The position numbers and the translations under genes are program-made. From an uncultured Candidatus Rokubacteria bacterium (lineage in GTDB: Bacteria > Methylomirabilota > Methylomirabilia > Rokubacteriales > DASRDR01), in assembly GCA_963708025.1 (NCBI GenBank), contig CAVPSB010000023.1:32001-96000 (forward strand): a stretch of 64,000 nt of DNA, read 5' to 3'. Within the stretch, counting starts at the first letter, position 1; every line of letters starts with the position of its first letter. Positions 1 through 8,808 of the stretch are shown piece by piece. Under the pieces are notes generated by a model, which worked only from the letters and a program-made list of their open reading frames with translations, made no database searches and was not told the origin of the DNA.

Positions 1-1468
1 CCCGACGGCCTTCGAGCAGGACGTCCGCGCCCAGCTCCTGCAGCGGAAGCTCCAGGGCCTCGTCACCGACGGCGTCAAGGTCTCGGAGGCGGAGGTCCGC
101 CAGCACTGGGAGGCCCGCCAGGCCCGGGTCCGGGTGGCCTACCTCGCGGTGTCCCCGGACGCGCTCCTGTCCGGCGTGGAGGTCACCGACGCCGATCTGG
201 AGAAGTACCACAAGGAACACCCGGCCGAGTTCACGCGCCCCGAGCGGCGGCGGGTCCTGGCGGCGGTCCTGCCGACGCTGAGCGTGCCGTTCCCCCAGAT
301 CAGCGAGGCCGACGTGGAGACGGCCTACCAGGAGCGCCTCCGCGAGTTCGAGCAGCCGGAGCGGCGGCGCGTGGCCCACGTCCTGGTCCGGGTGCCGAGT
401 GTCGGCGGCGGCGCGGCGGAGGAGGGGGCCAAGGCCAAGGCCGAGGCGGCGCTCGCGCGCATCAAGGGGGGCGCCGACTTCGCCCAGGTCGCGCGCGAGG
501 TGTCGGAGGACCAGGCGACGGCGTTGCGGGGCGGTGAGCTCGGCGTCGTGACCCGGGGCGAGATGCTGGCGCCGTTCGAGGAGCTGGCCTTCGGCCTCAA
601 GCAAGGGGAGATCGGCGGGCCGGTCCGGACGGCCTACGGCTACCACGTGGTGAAGGTCCTCGAGCTCATGCCGGCGTCGAAGAAGGAGCTCAAGGAGGTG
701 GCGCCCACCATCCGGGCGGGCCTGGCCGCCGAGGGGCAGCTCCGGGCGCTCCGCCAGAAGGCCGACGAGGTCCAGCAGGGGCTGCTCAAGGCCGGGGACT
801 TCGCCGCCGAGGCGCGACGGCTCGGGCTGACGGTGCGGGAGATCGGCCCCTTCGCCCGCACCGACGCGGTGGAGGGGATCGGTCGGGTGGCCGAGGCGAC
901 GACCGCCATCTTCGACCTGCCGGCCGGCGGGGTGAGCGCCCCGGTCAAGATCCCGGACGGGTACGTGGTCTTCCGCCTGCTCGAGAAGGAGGAGCCGAAG
1001 CTCCTGCCGCTTGCCGAGGTCCGGAGTCAGGTGACCCAGGCCGTGCGGCGCGGCAAGGCCCAGGAGGCGGCCCAGGCGAAGGCCAAGCAACTCGCCGACG
1101 CCCTGCGGGCCGGCCAGGAGCCGCGGAGCCTGGCCAAGCGCGACGAGGTGACCTTCGGCGAGACCGACGCCTTCTCGCGGGCCGCGCCGCTCGCCGACAA
1201 GGACGTCGGGTCCGCGGTCTCGGCCCTGGCGCTGGACCTGCCCGAGGGCGGCGTGGGCGGCCCGGTCGCCGGGCCCAAGGGACTGTACGTCGTCAAGGTG
1301 GTCAGCCGCGAGCGACCGGATCCGGCGGGGTTCGAGGGCGCGCGCCGCGACCTCGAGCGGCAGCTTCTCGAGCAGAAGCGGGGCCAGGCCTGGCAGGCCT
1401 GGATGTCCTCTCTGCGCGCCGGCGCGAAGATCGAGATCAATCGGAAGGTCCTGCCCCAGCAGAGCTAA
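1..1468 (+). CDS. ppiD: Periplasmic peptidyl-prolyl isomerase/chaperone PpiD (SurA N-domain + rotamase); 5' truncated by window edge
   Basis: Frame is open from position 2 (PTAFEQDVRAQLLQRKLQGLVTDGVKVSEAEV). Parvulin motifs RVAHVLV, GADFAQVAREVSED, GGELG and GPVRTAYGYHVV. Confidence 0.85.
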   Translation, partial: PTAFEQDVRAQLLQRKLQGLVTDGVKVSEAEVRQHWEARQARVRVAYLAVSPDALLSGVEVTDADLEKYHKEHPAEFTRPERRRVLAAVLPTLSVPFPQISEADVETAYQERLREFEQPERRRVAHVLVRVPSVGGGAAEEGAKAKAEAALARIKGGADFAQVAREVSEDQATALRGGELGVVTRGEMLAPFEELAFGLKQGEIGGPVRTAYGYHVVKVLELMPASKKELKEVAPTIRAGLAAEGQLRALRQKADEVQQGLLKAGDFAAEARRLGLTVREIGPFARTDAVEGIGRVAEATTAIFDLPAGGVSAPVKIPDGYVVFRLLEKEEPKLLPLAEVRSQVTQAVRRGKAQEAAQAKAKQLADALRAGQEPRSLAKRDEVTFGETDAFSRAAPLADKDVGSAVSALALDLPEGGVGGPVAGPKGLYVVKVVSRERPDPAGFEGARRDLERQLLEQKRGQAWQAWMSSLRAGAKIEINRKVLPQQS

Positions 1469-1659
1469 CCGCCGTGCCGATAACCGTCGCATCGTCCCTC
1501 CCGGCCGGGACGCGCTCGGCCTGCGGCCTCGCGGCCTACTGGCGTCCTCGGCCGGTGCTCATCCTCGACGTACAGAGGCGTACGTCTCCGGTGGGCACCG
1601 GCCTGCGTCGTCGGGACGGCCTCCGGCCTGTGGGGCCTGCTCGGTTCTCGGCCTGGCGG
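1469..1659. mobile_element. MITE-like repeat family A, copy 1
   Basis: Imperfect 16-bp TIRs CCGCCGTGCCGATAAC (1469-1484) / GTTCTCGGCCTGGCGG (1644-1659). Starts right after the ppiD TAA. Homologous to 30053-30218. Confidence 0.7.
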
Positions 1660-1678
1660 AGGTAGCGCGGCCTCGGCC

Positions 1679-2086
1679 GTGCGACTGAAGAAGGCCTACG
1701 CGGAGTTCGTCGCGCGGGCCCGGGTCGTCCGTGTCGCGACGGCCGACGCGCAGGGCCTGCCCCACGTGGTGCCGGTCTGTGCCGTCGTGGACGGCGACCG
1801 GCTCTGGTTCGGCAGCGGCGACGACGCCCGCAAGGTGCGAAACCTCCGCGCCAACCCCCGGGTGACCGTCGTGGCCGACGACTACAGCGAGGCCTGGGAG
1901 GGCCTCCGAGGCGTGATGGTCGCCGGCACCGCGACCATCCACGCCCGCGGGCCGCGCTTCCGCCGGGCCCGCAAGCTCCTGTACGCGAAGTACCCGCAGT
2001 ACCCGACCGACGCTGCCCTCGACGAGGGCGACTCCGCGATCGTGGAAGTCACGCCGACCCACGTCTTCGCCTGGGGCTTCGACTGA
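1679..2086 (+). CDS. Pyridoxamine 5'-phosphate oxidase-like (PPOX/FMN split barrel) protein
   Basis: RVATADAQGLPHVVPV and KVRNLRANPRVTVVAD motifs; GGAGG upstream. Confidence 0.85.
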   Translation: MRLKKAYAEFVARARVVRVATADAQGLPHVVPVCAVVDGDRLWFGSGDDARKVRNLRANPRVTVVADDYSEAWEGLRGVMVAGTATIHARGPRFRRARKLLYAKYPQYPTDAALDEGDSAIVEVTPTHVFAWGFD

Positions 2087-2158
2087 GAGCGTGTGAAGGG
2101 ATAGGGTCCTCCGGCACCCCCCTCCCCCCGGTGGGGGTGGGTGGGAGGTCCCCAAATG
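2087..2158 (+). repeat. Junction repeat family B (C-run/G-run hairpin ending GGGAGGTCNCNAA+ATG)
   Basis: GAGCGTGTGAA...CCCCCCTCCCCCCGGTGGGGG...GGGAGGTCCCCAAATG between the PPOX stop and purM; homologues listed below. Confidence 0.75.
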
Positions 2159-2176
2159 ATCCCTGAAGGGGAGCCA

Positions 2177-3292
2177 ATGGCGCGACCCGGCGGGTACACC
2201 TATCGCGCGGCCGGGGTCTCGACCAACGCGGAGCTGGGTCTCGCCGCCCTGCTGAAGTGGATCCAGCCCACGCTGGAGTTCCGGCGCGACACGGGCATCG
2301 GCCGGTCGGTCCTGGACATCGGGTACTTCGCCAACGTCATCGACCTCGGCCGGGGCCTCGGCCTGGCGCTGTCCACGGACGGCGTCGGCACCAAGGTGCT
2401 GGTGGCCGAGATGCTCGGTCGCTACGACACGATCGGGATCGACTGCGTCGCGATGAACGTCAACGACGTGATCTGCGTCGGCGCCGAGCCGATCGCCATG
2501 CTCGACTACATCGCCGTCGAGGCCGCCCGGCCCGACATGCTCGAGGCCATCGGGCGTGGGCTGCACGAGGGCGCGAAGCGGGCCGGGGTCAGCATCGTCG
2601 GCGGGGAGATCTCCCAGGTCAAGGAGATCATCCGGGGGGAGCGGGAAGGGGAAGGGCTCGACCTGGTCGGGATGTGCGTCGGGGTCGTCCCCCTCGACGA
2701 GGTGAACGTCGGCCGGGCCGTGAGGCCGGGCGACGTGCTCATCGGGCTGCGGAGCAGCGGCATCCACTGCAACGGCCTGACGCTGGCACGGAAGGCCCTG
2801 TTCCAGGCGGGAGGCCTGAAGCCGGACACGCACGTGCCGGAGCTCGGCCGGACGGTCGGCGAGGAGCTGCTGGAGCCCACCCGCATCTACGTCCCCGAAG
2901 TGCTGGACCTGCTCCGCCAGCGGCTGCCGATCCGGGCGCTCGTCAACATCACGGGTGACGGGCTCCTCAACCTGGCCCGGATCGACGCGCCGACCGGCTA
3001 CCGGATCGACGCCCTGCCCGCGCCGCCGCCGATCTTCGAGCTGATCCGCCGGGCCGGCCGGATCGACGATGCCGAGATGTACCGGGTGTTCAACATGGGC
3101 ATCGGCTTCTGCCTCGTCGTCCCGGCTGAGGCCGGCGTCGTGGCCACGGTCCACGAGACCGTCCGGCGCCACGGCGGCGAGAGCTTCGAGCTGGGCCGGG
3201 TCGTCGATGATCCCGAGCGCCGCGTCGCCCTGACCGAGAAGCGGCTCATCGGCCGAGCCGACCGCTTCCAGGAGGCGTCGAGCCCGCTCTGA
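2177..3292 (+). CDS. purM: Phosphoribosylformylglycinamidine cyclo-ligase (AIR synthetase); alternative start 2156
   Basis: YRAAGV, STDGVGTK, IGIDCVAMNVND, SSGIHCNG, ITGDG and VFNMGIGF motifs. Confidence 0.95.
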   Translation: MARPGGYTYRAAGVSTNAELGLAALLKWIQPTLEFRRDTGIGRSVLDIGYFANVIDLGRGLGLALSTDGVGTKVLVAEMLGRYDTIGIDCVAMNVNDVICVGAEPIAMLDYIAVEAARPDMLEAIGRGLHEGAKRAGVSIVGGEISQVKEIIRGEREGEGLDLVGMCVGVVPLDEVNVGRAVRPGDVLIGLRSSGIHCNGLTLARKALFQAGGLKPDTHVPELGRTVGEELLEPTRIYVPEVLDLLRQRLPIRALVNITGDGLLNLARIDAPTGYRIDALPAPPPIFELIRRAGRIDDAEMYRVFNMGIGFCLVVPAEAGVVATVHETVRRHGGESFELGRVVDDPERRVALTEKRLIGRADRFQEASSPL

Positions 3293-3349
3293 TCTGACGA
3301 ATCGCCCAGGCCTCCTGGGTCGGACCAGGCATGCCGGCCAGCATCGTGG

Positions 3350-4216
3350 TCAAGCCGCCGCTTCAAATCCTGACTTGAACTGAGCCAACAATTCGGTCGC
3401 TTCGGCAATCGGATCCGTGCCAGTCAGTCCTCGTGCCACATCTCTGACGAGGCGACGCGTCCACGCCGATTCGTTGACCAGGACGAGAATCTGTCTACGG
3501 GTTGTGGGTGCAGCAATCCGCCCGGCATCCATACCCAGGAGCCGCGCGCCGCCAAGCTCGACGTCGAAGTCCATGACCGCGAGGTCAATCTCCGCCCCAT
3601 ACAATCGATCCTCGTTGCCGGCATCGTGGTACGTGCGTAGCAGCGTCGCGAGATCGATCGCATCGCGTGGATCGTTGACTCCTCGATCTGCCCACGCGAC
3701 AAGCTTCATTAGCGCGAGCCCAGGCAACGAGGCCACACGAACGACAATGCCTGGAGCCACTTCCACGAGGACTGCGGCCGTGAGGGCCTCGCCGTATCCT
3801 GCCACGTTCATGAGTACCGATCCATCTGGCGGCCAGGCGATGGTGGTCTGGGGTTGCTCAACGCCTCCGAATGGAATCAGATCCAGCGGATATCCCCTTC
3901 GCCCTGAGGAAGGTTGGAGTCGGTGAGCCCGCGTCTTGTCTGGTTCGAACGCGCCCGATGCTACGAGGCACGCCTTGATCGCCTCGAATTGTGACCACCC
4001 ACTCACGACCACTCCGAAATCCATGTCATGGGTCGCGCGGTCGGTGACAAGCCCGAAGACACCATTGAGAATGATCTGCCGCGCCATCGCGCCAACCACG
4101 AAGTAGTCGAACTCGAGGTCTCGCGCAATGGTACTTAGCCACTGGAGGGCTTCCACAGTCAACTCGTCGAGGTGGCGCTCACGCGCGACGGAGAACAAGC
4201 TCGACCTGTTCTTCAC
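3350..4216 (-). CDS. AbiEii-family nucleotidyltransferase toxin (COG4849-like)
   Basis: Pol-beta NTase signature VVGAMAR...RATHDMDF; KLVAWADR and RDAIDL motifs; overlaps its upstream partner; lower GC than the flanks. Confidence 0.8.
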   Translation of the reverse strand: MKNRSSLFSVARERHLDELTVEALQWLSTIARDLEFDYFVVGAMARQIILNGVFGLVTDRATHDMDFGVVVSGWSQFEAIKACLVASGAFEPDKTRAHRLQPSSGRRGYPLDLIPFGGVEQPQTTIAWPPDGSVLMNVAGYGEALTAAVLVEVAPGIVVRVASLPGLALMKLVAWADRGVNDPRDAIDLATLLRTYHDAGNEDRLYGAEIDLAVMDFDVELGGARLLGMDAGRIAAPTTRRQILVLVNESAWTRRLVRDVARGLTGTDPIAEATELLAQFKSGFEAAA

Positions 4217-5258
4217 GGATCAGCTTCGCAATCTCCAGATTGCGTGGATCTAGCGTAGCCATGAGGTCTGCGTAGATGAGGAGCGGCGGCACAAGGTCTG
4301 GCCGCTGTGGATCTCCAGGGAAGTTCCAAAATCTGTCGAGGACTTCAACCTCGCCTTCGGGATCGGCGCGGAGCCGGTGGTCCTTCACGAGCTTGGTGAT
4401 TCGTTCGCGCGCCACTGCAGGATCGATGTAGATCGTGCAGGCGGCCGGCTTGAGATGCCCAGTGAGCTTGGTCCCGCCGACCTCGCCGCCCCAGAGCGCC
4501 CCATCGGTCAGGCGGGCATTCTTCCACCAGTCCGGCTCAAGGGCTCGGAATCGGCGCTGATTGAGTTTCGGGCGTAGCTTGATCGGGTAGTTGGTGACCC
4601 ATTCATCGAGCAGCCGTCCCGGCTCCAGCAAACGGCGGTTTCGAGTTCGCTTGCCTCCTATGATGTAGCCCCTGCGTTGGAGGTCGAAGAGAACCCAGCC
4701 TACGGCGCCGAGCGCAACGCCTGCGGCGCCGACGATCTCGCGGTAAGGCGCGTTGAGGAGCTCGGGCTTGCAGAGTAGTGCGAAGATGACTCGCAGCGCC
4801 GTTGCGTTGGCCGTGCCTCGAGTCTGCAAGTAGGTCGCCACCGGGCCATGCGGGCGCTCTCCGCGGATGTAGATGTACAGCCCGGGAACGCGGAGATAGG
4901 CATTCCCGACTGTGTCGAGGAACTGAAGGTCGATGTCCCGACAGCGGGCTGCGAGGTCGGGCGTGATATAGGGTGCGACGAGCACTCCTCGCCTGCCCAG
5001 GGGTTTGAGTCGATGCTTGACAGCGGCGAGGGCCACCGCTCGGTCGATGGCTTTGATCTCGACGAGGAAGCGTACTCGCTTTCCAAGCCCTTCGATGTCC
5101 ATCGCCGCGTCCGGCCGCACGTCATCCCGGACCTTGGGTTTCATGGCGCCGAGGCCAGCCTTGAGCCCAGTGATGCGCCTGAATGCGGCAAGCGCATTCT
5201 CCAGGAGCCTGTCTTGCCACTCTCGTGGACGCGCGGCTCGGTGCTTGGTACGCTTCAT
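4179..5258 (-). CDS. AbiEi-family antitoxin/transcriptional regulator (AbiEi_2, COG4861-like)
   Basis: FLDTVGNAYL, winged helix (YREIVGAAGVALGAV), WGGEVG and VPPLLIYADL motifs; directly upstream of the NTase. Confidence 0.8.
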   Translation of the reverse strand: MKRTKHRAARPREWQDRLLENALAAFRRITGLKAGLGAMKPKVRDDVRPDAAMDIEGLGKRVRFLVEIKAIDRAVALAAVKHRLKPLGRRGVLVAPYITPDLAARCRDIDLQFLDTVGNAYLRVPGLYIYIRGERPHGPVATYLQTRGTANATALRVIFALLCKPELLNAPYREIVGAAGVALGAVGWVLFDLQRRGYIIGGKRTRNRRLLEPGRLLDEWVTNYPIKLRPKLNQRRFRALEPDWWKNARLTDGALWGGEVGGTKLTGHLKPAACTIYIDPAVARERITKLVKDHRLRADPEGEVEVLDRFWNFPGDPQRPDLVPPLLIYADLMATLDPRNLEIAKLIREEQVELVLRRA

Positions 5259-5277
5259 CTGTTCATCTCGGCTCAGT

Positions 5278-5347
5278 TGTTCACGTAACGTGAACAGGAC
5301 CGATGTTCACTGTTCACGATGCCCTCATCGTACACGTAACGTGAACA
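5278..5347. promoter_or_regulatory. Two 19-bp palindromic operators upstream of abiEi
   Basis: TGTTCACG-TAA-CGTGAACA (5278-5296) and CGTACACG-TAA-CGTGAACA (5329-5347), with extra TGTTCAC half-sites at 5304 and 5311. Confidence 0.75.
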
Positions 5348-5916
5348 GCAGGGAAGCGCTGAACAAGGATCGGCCGCGACCGATCGAATCTCTGGCGGCT
5401 GCGGGTGTCTACGAGCGTAGACACGGAAGGGATGCCCCCAAGGCCAAAATGCCGCGCGGGCAGGGCTCCTCAACGCGTGGGGTAGGGCCGGCACTCGTAG
5501 GGTTGCCATCACTTGGGGCGGAAGTCTGGAAAGAGGCCAGGCGGCCACCCCGACACTCTCGCGGCATACCCTGTCGGACATGCTTCACGGGGTTTCGGTT
5601 GGCAGGGTCGTCGTGTGGTTTTGGCTTCTGGGCGCCAAAGTTTTCGCTGTAAACTCGACTAAACACGCGACGAGTAGACGCGGCTGACCCTGTGAGCCAC
5701 AAGGGGGTTTCGGGAGCCTTTCGGTAGTCAAACCGGACAGGGGATGCTGGACGTAAGCGCACAGTAAATAAAGCTCTTCCAGCCGTAGGGCAATCGCGTC
5801 TGGCGCGTCTTTGCTTGCTCCGCCCCGTCCGCGCCCACCTCTTCCCCCGGCGCATTCCCGACGGGCTGGTCCCGGCGCCGGTGATCCTGGCGGGTTGGCC
5901 ATGCCCTCAACCGCGC

Positions 5917-6501
5917 CTACTGCTGGTAGCCGAAGAGGCGCCAGACGCCGCTCTCGCGGCGGGCGATCTCCAGCTCCCGCTCCCACCAGAAGAGCGAGAT
6001 CCACTGGCCGATGAAGGGCAGCCGACCTGACATCTCCCCGGTCGAGTAGACCCAGGCCTGGTCGCCGACCAGGCGGACCTCGTCGACCCGGACCTGCGCC
6101 CGCATGGCGTCGTAGATCCCGAACATGGCGGCGAGCTGGTTGCGGAGGGCCGCCTTGGTCAGCGGCCCGGTGCGGTACTGCTCGGAGATGTGGGCGAGCA
6201 CGCCGTGCAGGTCCCGGGCCTCGAAGCGCTGGATCGCGGTGCCGAGCGTGGCCCGCAGCTCGGCGACGACCTGGGGGGGCGCCGCGACTCCGGGGGCCGC
6301 AGGGGTCGAGGGCGCCGGGGCGGGCGGCGCCGGGCTCGGGGCCGGCGCGGCGGAGGGGCGACCTGGCGTCGCGGGGGGACGCCCCGGCGCGGCAGCCGGC
6401 GGGACCGGAGGCGGGGGCGGGGGCGCGACCTGGGCCAGGGCGAGGCCAGTGACCAGCACGAGCGCGGCCGCGGCGCCGAGCCCGACCTGCCGCCCCGTCA
6501 C
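5917..6501 (-). CDS. Secreted Pro/Ala-rich-linker protein with NTF2/SnoaL-like domain
   Basis: GTG at 6501 overlaps an upstream TGA. Signal peptide ending ALA-Q, long Pro/Ala linker, then AIQRFEARDLHGVLAHISEQY...ARRESGVWRL. Confidence 0.65.
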   Translation of the reverse strand: MTGRQVGLGAAAALVLVTGLALAQVAPPPPPPVPPAAAPGRPPATPGRPSAAPAPSPAPPAPAPSTPAAPGVAAPPQVVAELRATLGTAIQRFEARDLHGVLAHISEQYRTGPLTKAALRNQLAAMFGIYDAMRAQVRVDEVRLVGDQAWVYSTGEMSGRLPFIGQWISLFWWERELEIARRESGVWRLFGYQQ

Positions 6502-7095
6502 CGTCGCCGCCCGTTGAGGGCTTCCTCGAGCCGCCGGCCGAGGACGGCCCGCAGCCGCCAGGTCGGGCGCCAGGCGAGGGCGCGGCGCGGCAGGCCGCGG
6601 AAGTCGTCGAAGAGCGAAGTACACCACCGGCGTGATCACGAGCGTGACCAGCAGGCAGAGCGCCTGGCCGCCGACCACCGCCACCGCGAGGGCGGCCCGG
6701 GAGGCGGAGCCGTCGCCCCGGCCCATCGCGACCGGCAGCATGCCGGCGATGATCGCGAGCGTCGACTTCGCCACGACTTCCTCCCAGGCGAGCAGGCTTC
6801 CCACCGTCTCCACGCTGCGCTGGACCGCCCGAGCCTCCACCGCGGCCGTCGTGATCCGGACGGCGGGTCGATCGGGCGTCCGGCCCGGTGGGCTGCTGCC
6901 GTTCTCCCGGCGCTCGGACTTCGCCTGGCTCGACTGACTGCAGGCGCCGAGGCCGAGGGCGAGCAGGAGCAGCACGGCGAGCGTGTGAACGAATCGCGTC
7001 CTCCGACTCCCCCCTCCCCCCAGTGGGCGGGGGAGGGGGGTTGGGGGGGTGGGCGGGAGGTCCCGAACGGTGATCGCGGCGCGGCCTCCCATCAC
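6498..7095 (-). pseudogene. Chimeric remnant: RND adaptor (MFP) N-terminus joined to the last helices of an AcrB-type RND permease
   Basis: Lipoprotein signal LGAC and VQRSVETVGSLLAWEEVVAKS are directly followed by TLAIIAGMLPVAMGRGDGS..LAVAVVGG..LVITPVVY. Removing one T near 6618 restores YSLFDD and a stop at 6498. Confidence 0.75.
6979..7067 (+). repeat. Family B repeat, antisense and in frame inside the MFP 5' end
   Basis: GAGCGTGTGAACGAAT..CCCCCTCCCCC..GGGGGAGGGGGG..GGGCGGGAGGTCCCGAA; very similar to 53125-53215. Confidence 0.8.
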
Positions 7096-7553
7096 CCCTC
7101 CGGGGTCGTGGCGGACACCAGGGCGTCGAGGCCGGCGATCAGCTTCCGGCGCTCGTCAACCGAGAGGCGGTCCAGGACGCCGGCCAGCCCGGCGATCTGC
7201 GCGCCTTCCAGCTCGCGTACGAGGGCGTCGCCCTCCCGCGTGAGCCGGAGCCGCGTGGCCCGGCGGTCCCGCGGGTCCTCCTCGCGGAGGAGGAAGCGCT
7301 TCTCGGCGACTCGATCGACCACCTGGCTGATCGCCGGCGGGGTCACCGCGTACGCCCGCGCCACCGCGCTCATCGGACAGCCCGGGTGCCGGTGGACGTA
7401 GAAGAGGACCTGCGCCTGCGCGTAGGTCAGCTCGAGCTCGAGGGCGCGCTTCCAGAGGATCGGGCGGAACGCCGAGGAGACCATCGCCTGCAGCAGCTCG
7501 AGGAGCCGCCGGGCATCGTCCTGCAAGGTGGGATGGCCAACCGCGCGGCCCAT
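7092..7553 (-). CDS. MarR-family transcriptional regulator
   Basis: [41 protein letters not shown]; coupled (ATGA) to the efflux remnant. Confidence 0.9.
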   Translation of the reverse strand: MGRAVGHPTLQDDARRLLELLQAMVSSAFRPILWKRALELELTYAQAQVLFYVHRHPGCPMSAVARAYAVTPPAISQVVDRVAEKRFLLREEDPRDRRATRLRLTREGDALVRELEGAQIAGLAGVLDRLSVDERRKLIAGLDALVSATTPEG

Positions 7554-7566
7554 GGGAGACCCACAA

Positions 7567-7594
7567 AGGTTAACAGTCTTAACCATCCTGTCAA
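7567..7594 (-). promoter_or_regulatory. Sigma70 promoter of marR with overlapping palindromic operator
   Basis: TTGACA-16-TAACCT (TGn extended) on the minus strand; inverted repeat GGTTAA-N5-TTAACC at 7568-7584. Confidence 0.7.
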
Positions 7595-7667
7595 GCAAGC
7601 CGCCGGATTCGCCGCCGGTCGGGGTCGGGTCGCTATAGTAGAATCGACCCCGAGAGGGACCGGATCG

Positions 7668-8141
7668 ATGACCCGAACGCCGATGACCAAGCAAGGCTTC
7701 GAGCGGCTGCAGCAGGAGCTGGAGCAGCTCAAGCGCGAGGAGCGTCCGCGCATCATCAAGGCGATCGCCGAGGCCCGGGCTCACGGTGATCTGTCGGAGA
7801 ACGCGGAATACCATGCCGCCAAGGAGCGCCAGGGCTTCATCGAGGGCCGGATCCGTGATCTCGAGACCAAGGTCGGCGCGGCCGAGGTCATCGAGCCCCC
7901 CCGGGACGGGGATCGCATCACCTTCGGCTCGACCGTCCTGCTGAAGGGCCCCGACGGCAAGGAGATCCGCTACCAGATCGTCGGCTCCGACGAGTCCGAG
8001 CCCGCAACGGGCCGGATCTCGGTCCTGTCGCCGCTGGCGCGCACGCTGATCGGGAAGGAAGCGGGCGACGAGGTGAAGGTCCAGGCTCCCGGCGGCGCGA
8101 AGACGTACGAGGTCCTCGCGGTCAACTTCGTCTGGACCTGA
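7668..8141 (+). CDS. greA: Transcription elongation factor GreA
   Basis: [20 protein letters not shown] and [14 protein letters not shown] motifs. Confidence 0.97.
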   Translation: MTRTPMTKQGFERLQQELEQLKREERPRIIKAIAEARAHGDLSENAEYHAAKERQGFIEGRIRDLETKVGAAEVIEPPRDGDRITFGSTVLLKGPDGKEIRYQIVGSDESEPATGRISVLSPLARTLIGKEAGDEVKVQAPGGAKTYEVLAVNFVWT

Positions 8142-8317
8142 GCCGGCCGGCTGTTCCCTCCCGAGTCACTTCCGTCAGCTCTCGAACGGCCGGTGCGTTT
8201 CGCCGGCGCAACATCGCGGCGCTAAAGCCCTGAAAACCTGTCCATCGGGCCACCTGGCCCCAGTCCTGCTGCCTCAGGGCCGAGGGCTCGGAGTCCTCCC
8301 GGCCTCCAGATCCGACG

Positions 8318-8788
8318 ATGACCCTGCGAAACCCGCTTCGAACGGGCTCGACCCTGGTGGTGGCGGCGCTCGTCGCCGGCTGCGCGCTCGAGCCCCTTCC
8401 GCCGGTCGACTCGGTCCGGGCGTGGCACGACGAGACCACTCGCTTGCGGGCTCGACCGGCGCCGGTCACCACGGCGCCGGCCCCGCGCGTCGAGCTCGCG
8501 TCCTGGTACGGGGAATGGCACCACGGGCTGCCGACGGCGAGCGGTGAGCCCTACGACATGGAGGCCCTTACCGCGGCCCATCGCTCGCTTCCCCTCGGAA
8601 CGTGCGTCGAGGTGATCCACCTCGGAAACGGCCGGCGGGTCCTCGTGCGGGTCAACGATCGCGGCCCCTACGTGCCGGGACGGACCATCGACCTCTCGCA
8701 CCGCGCGGCCGAGGAGCTGGGGATGGTGGACGAGGGGCTGGCCCACGTTCGGATCCGTCGGGCGAAGGCCGAGGGCTGCGAGACCTGA
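8318..8788 (+). CDS. rlpA: RlpA-family lytic transglycosylase lipoprotein (DPBB domain only)
   Basis: Lipobox VAGC; ASWYG..TASGE..TAAHRSLP..VRVNDRGP..IDLS. Confidence 0.9.
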   Translation: MTLRNPLRTGSTLVVAALVAGCALEPLPPVDSVRAWHDETTRLRARPAPVTTAPAPRVELASWYGEWHHGLPTASGEPYDMEALTAAHRSLPLGTCVEVIHLGNGRRVLVRVNDRGPYVPGRTIDLSHRAAEELGMVDEGLAHVRIRRAKAEGCET

Positions 8789-8808
8789 AAAAGGGGCGCG
8801 GCGCCGCG

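Noticed and set aside
5745-5775. dif/Xer-like site (TTACGTCCAGC arm on the minus strand)
   Set aside because: Only one partial arm; the other lacks the ATAA inner motif.
6265-6430. GC-rich low-complexity tract as a DNA repeat element
   Set aside because: Explained by the Pro/Ala linker of the NTF2-like protein.
8142-8317. c-di-AMP (ydaO) riboswitch upstream of rlpA (CCGTCAGCT)
   Set aside because: Only one short motif matches; the other conserved elements are absent.
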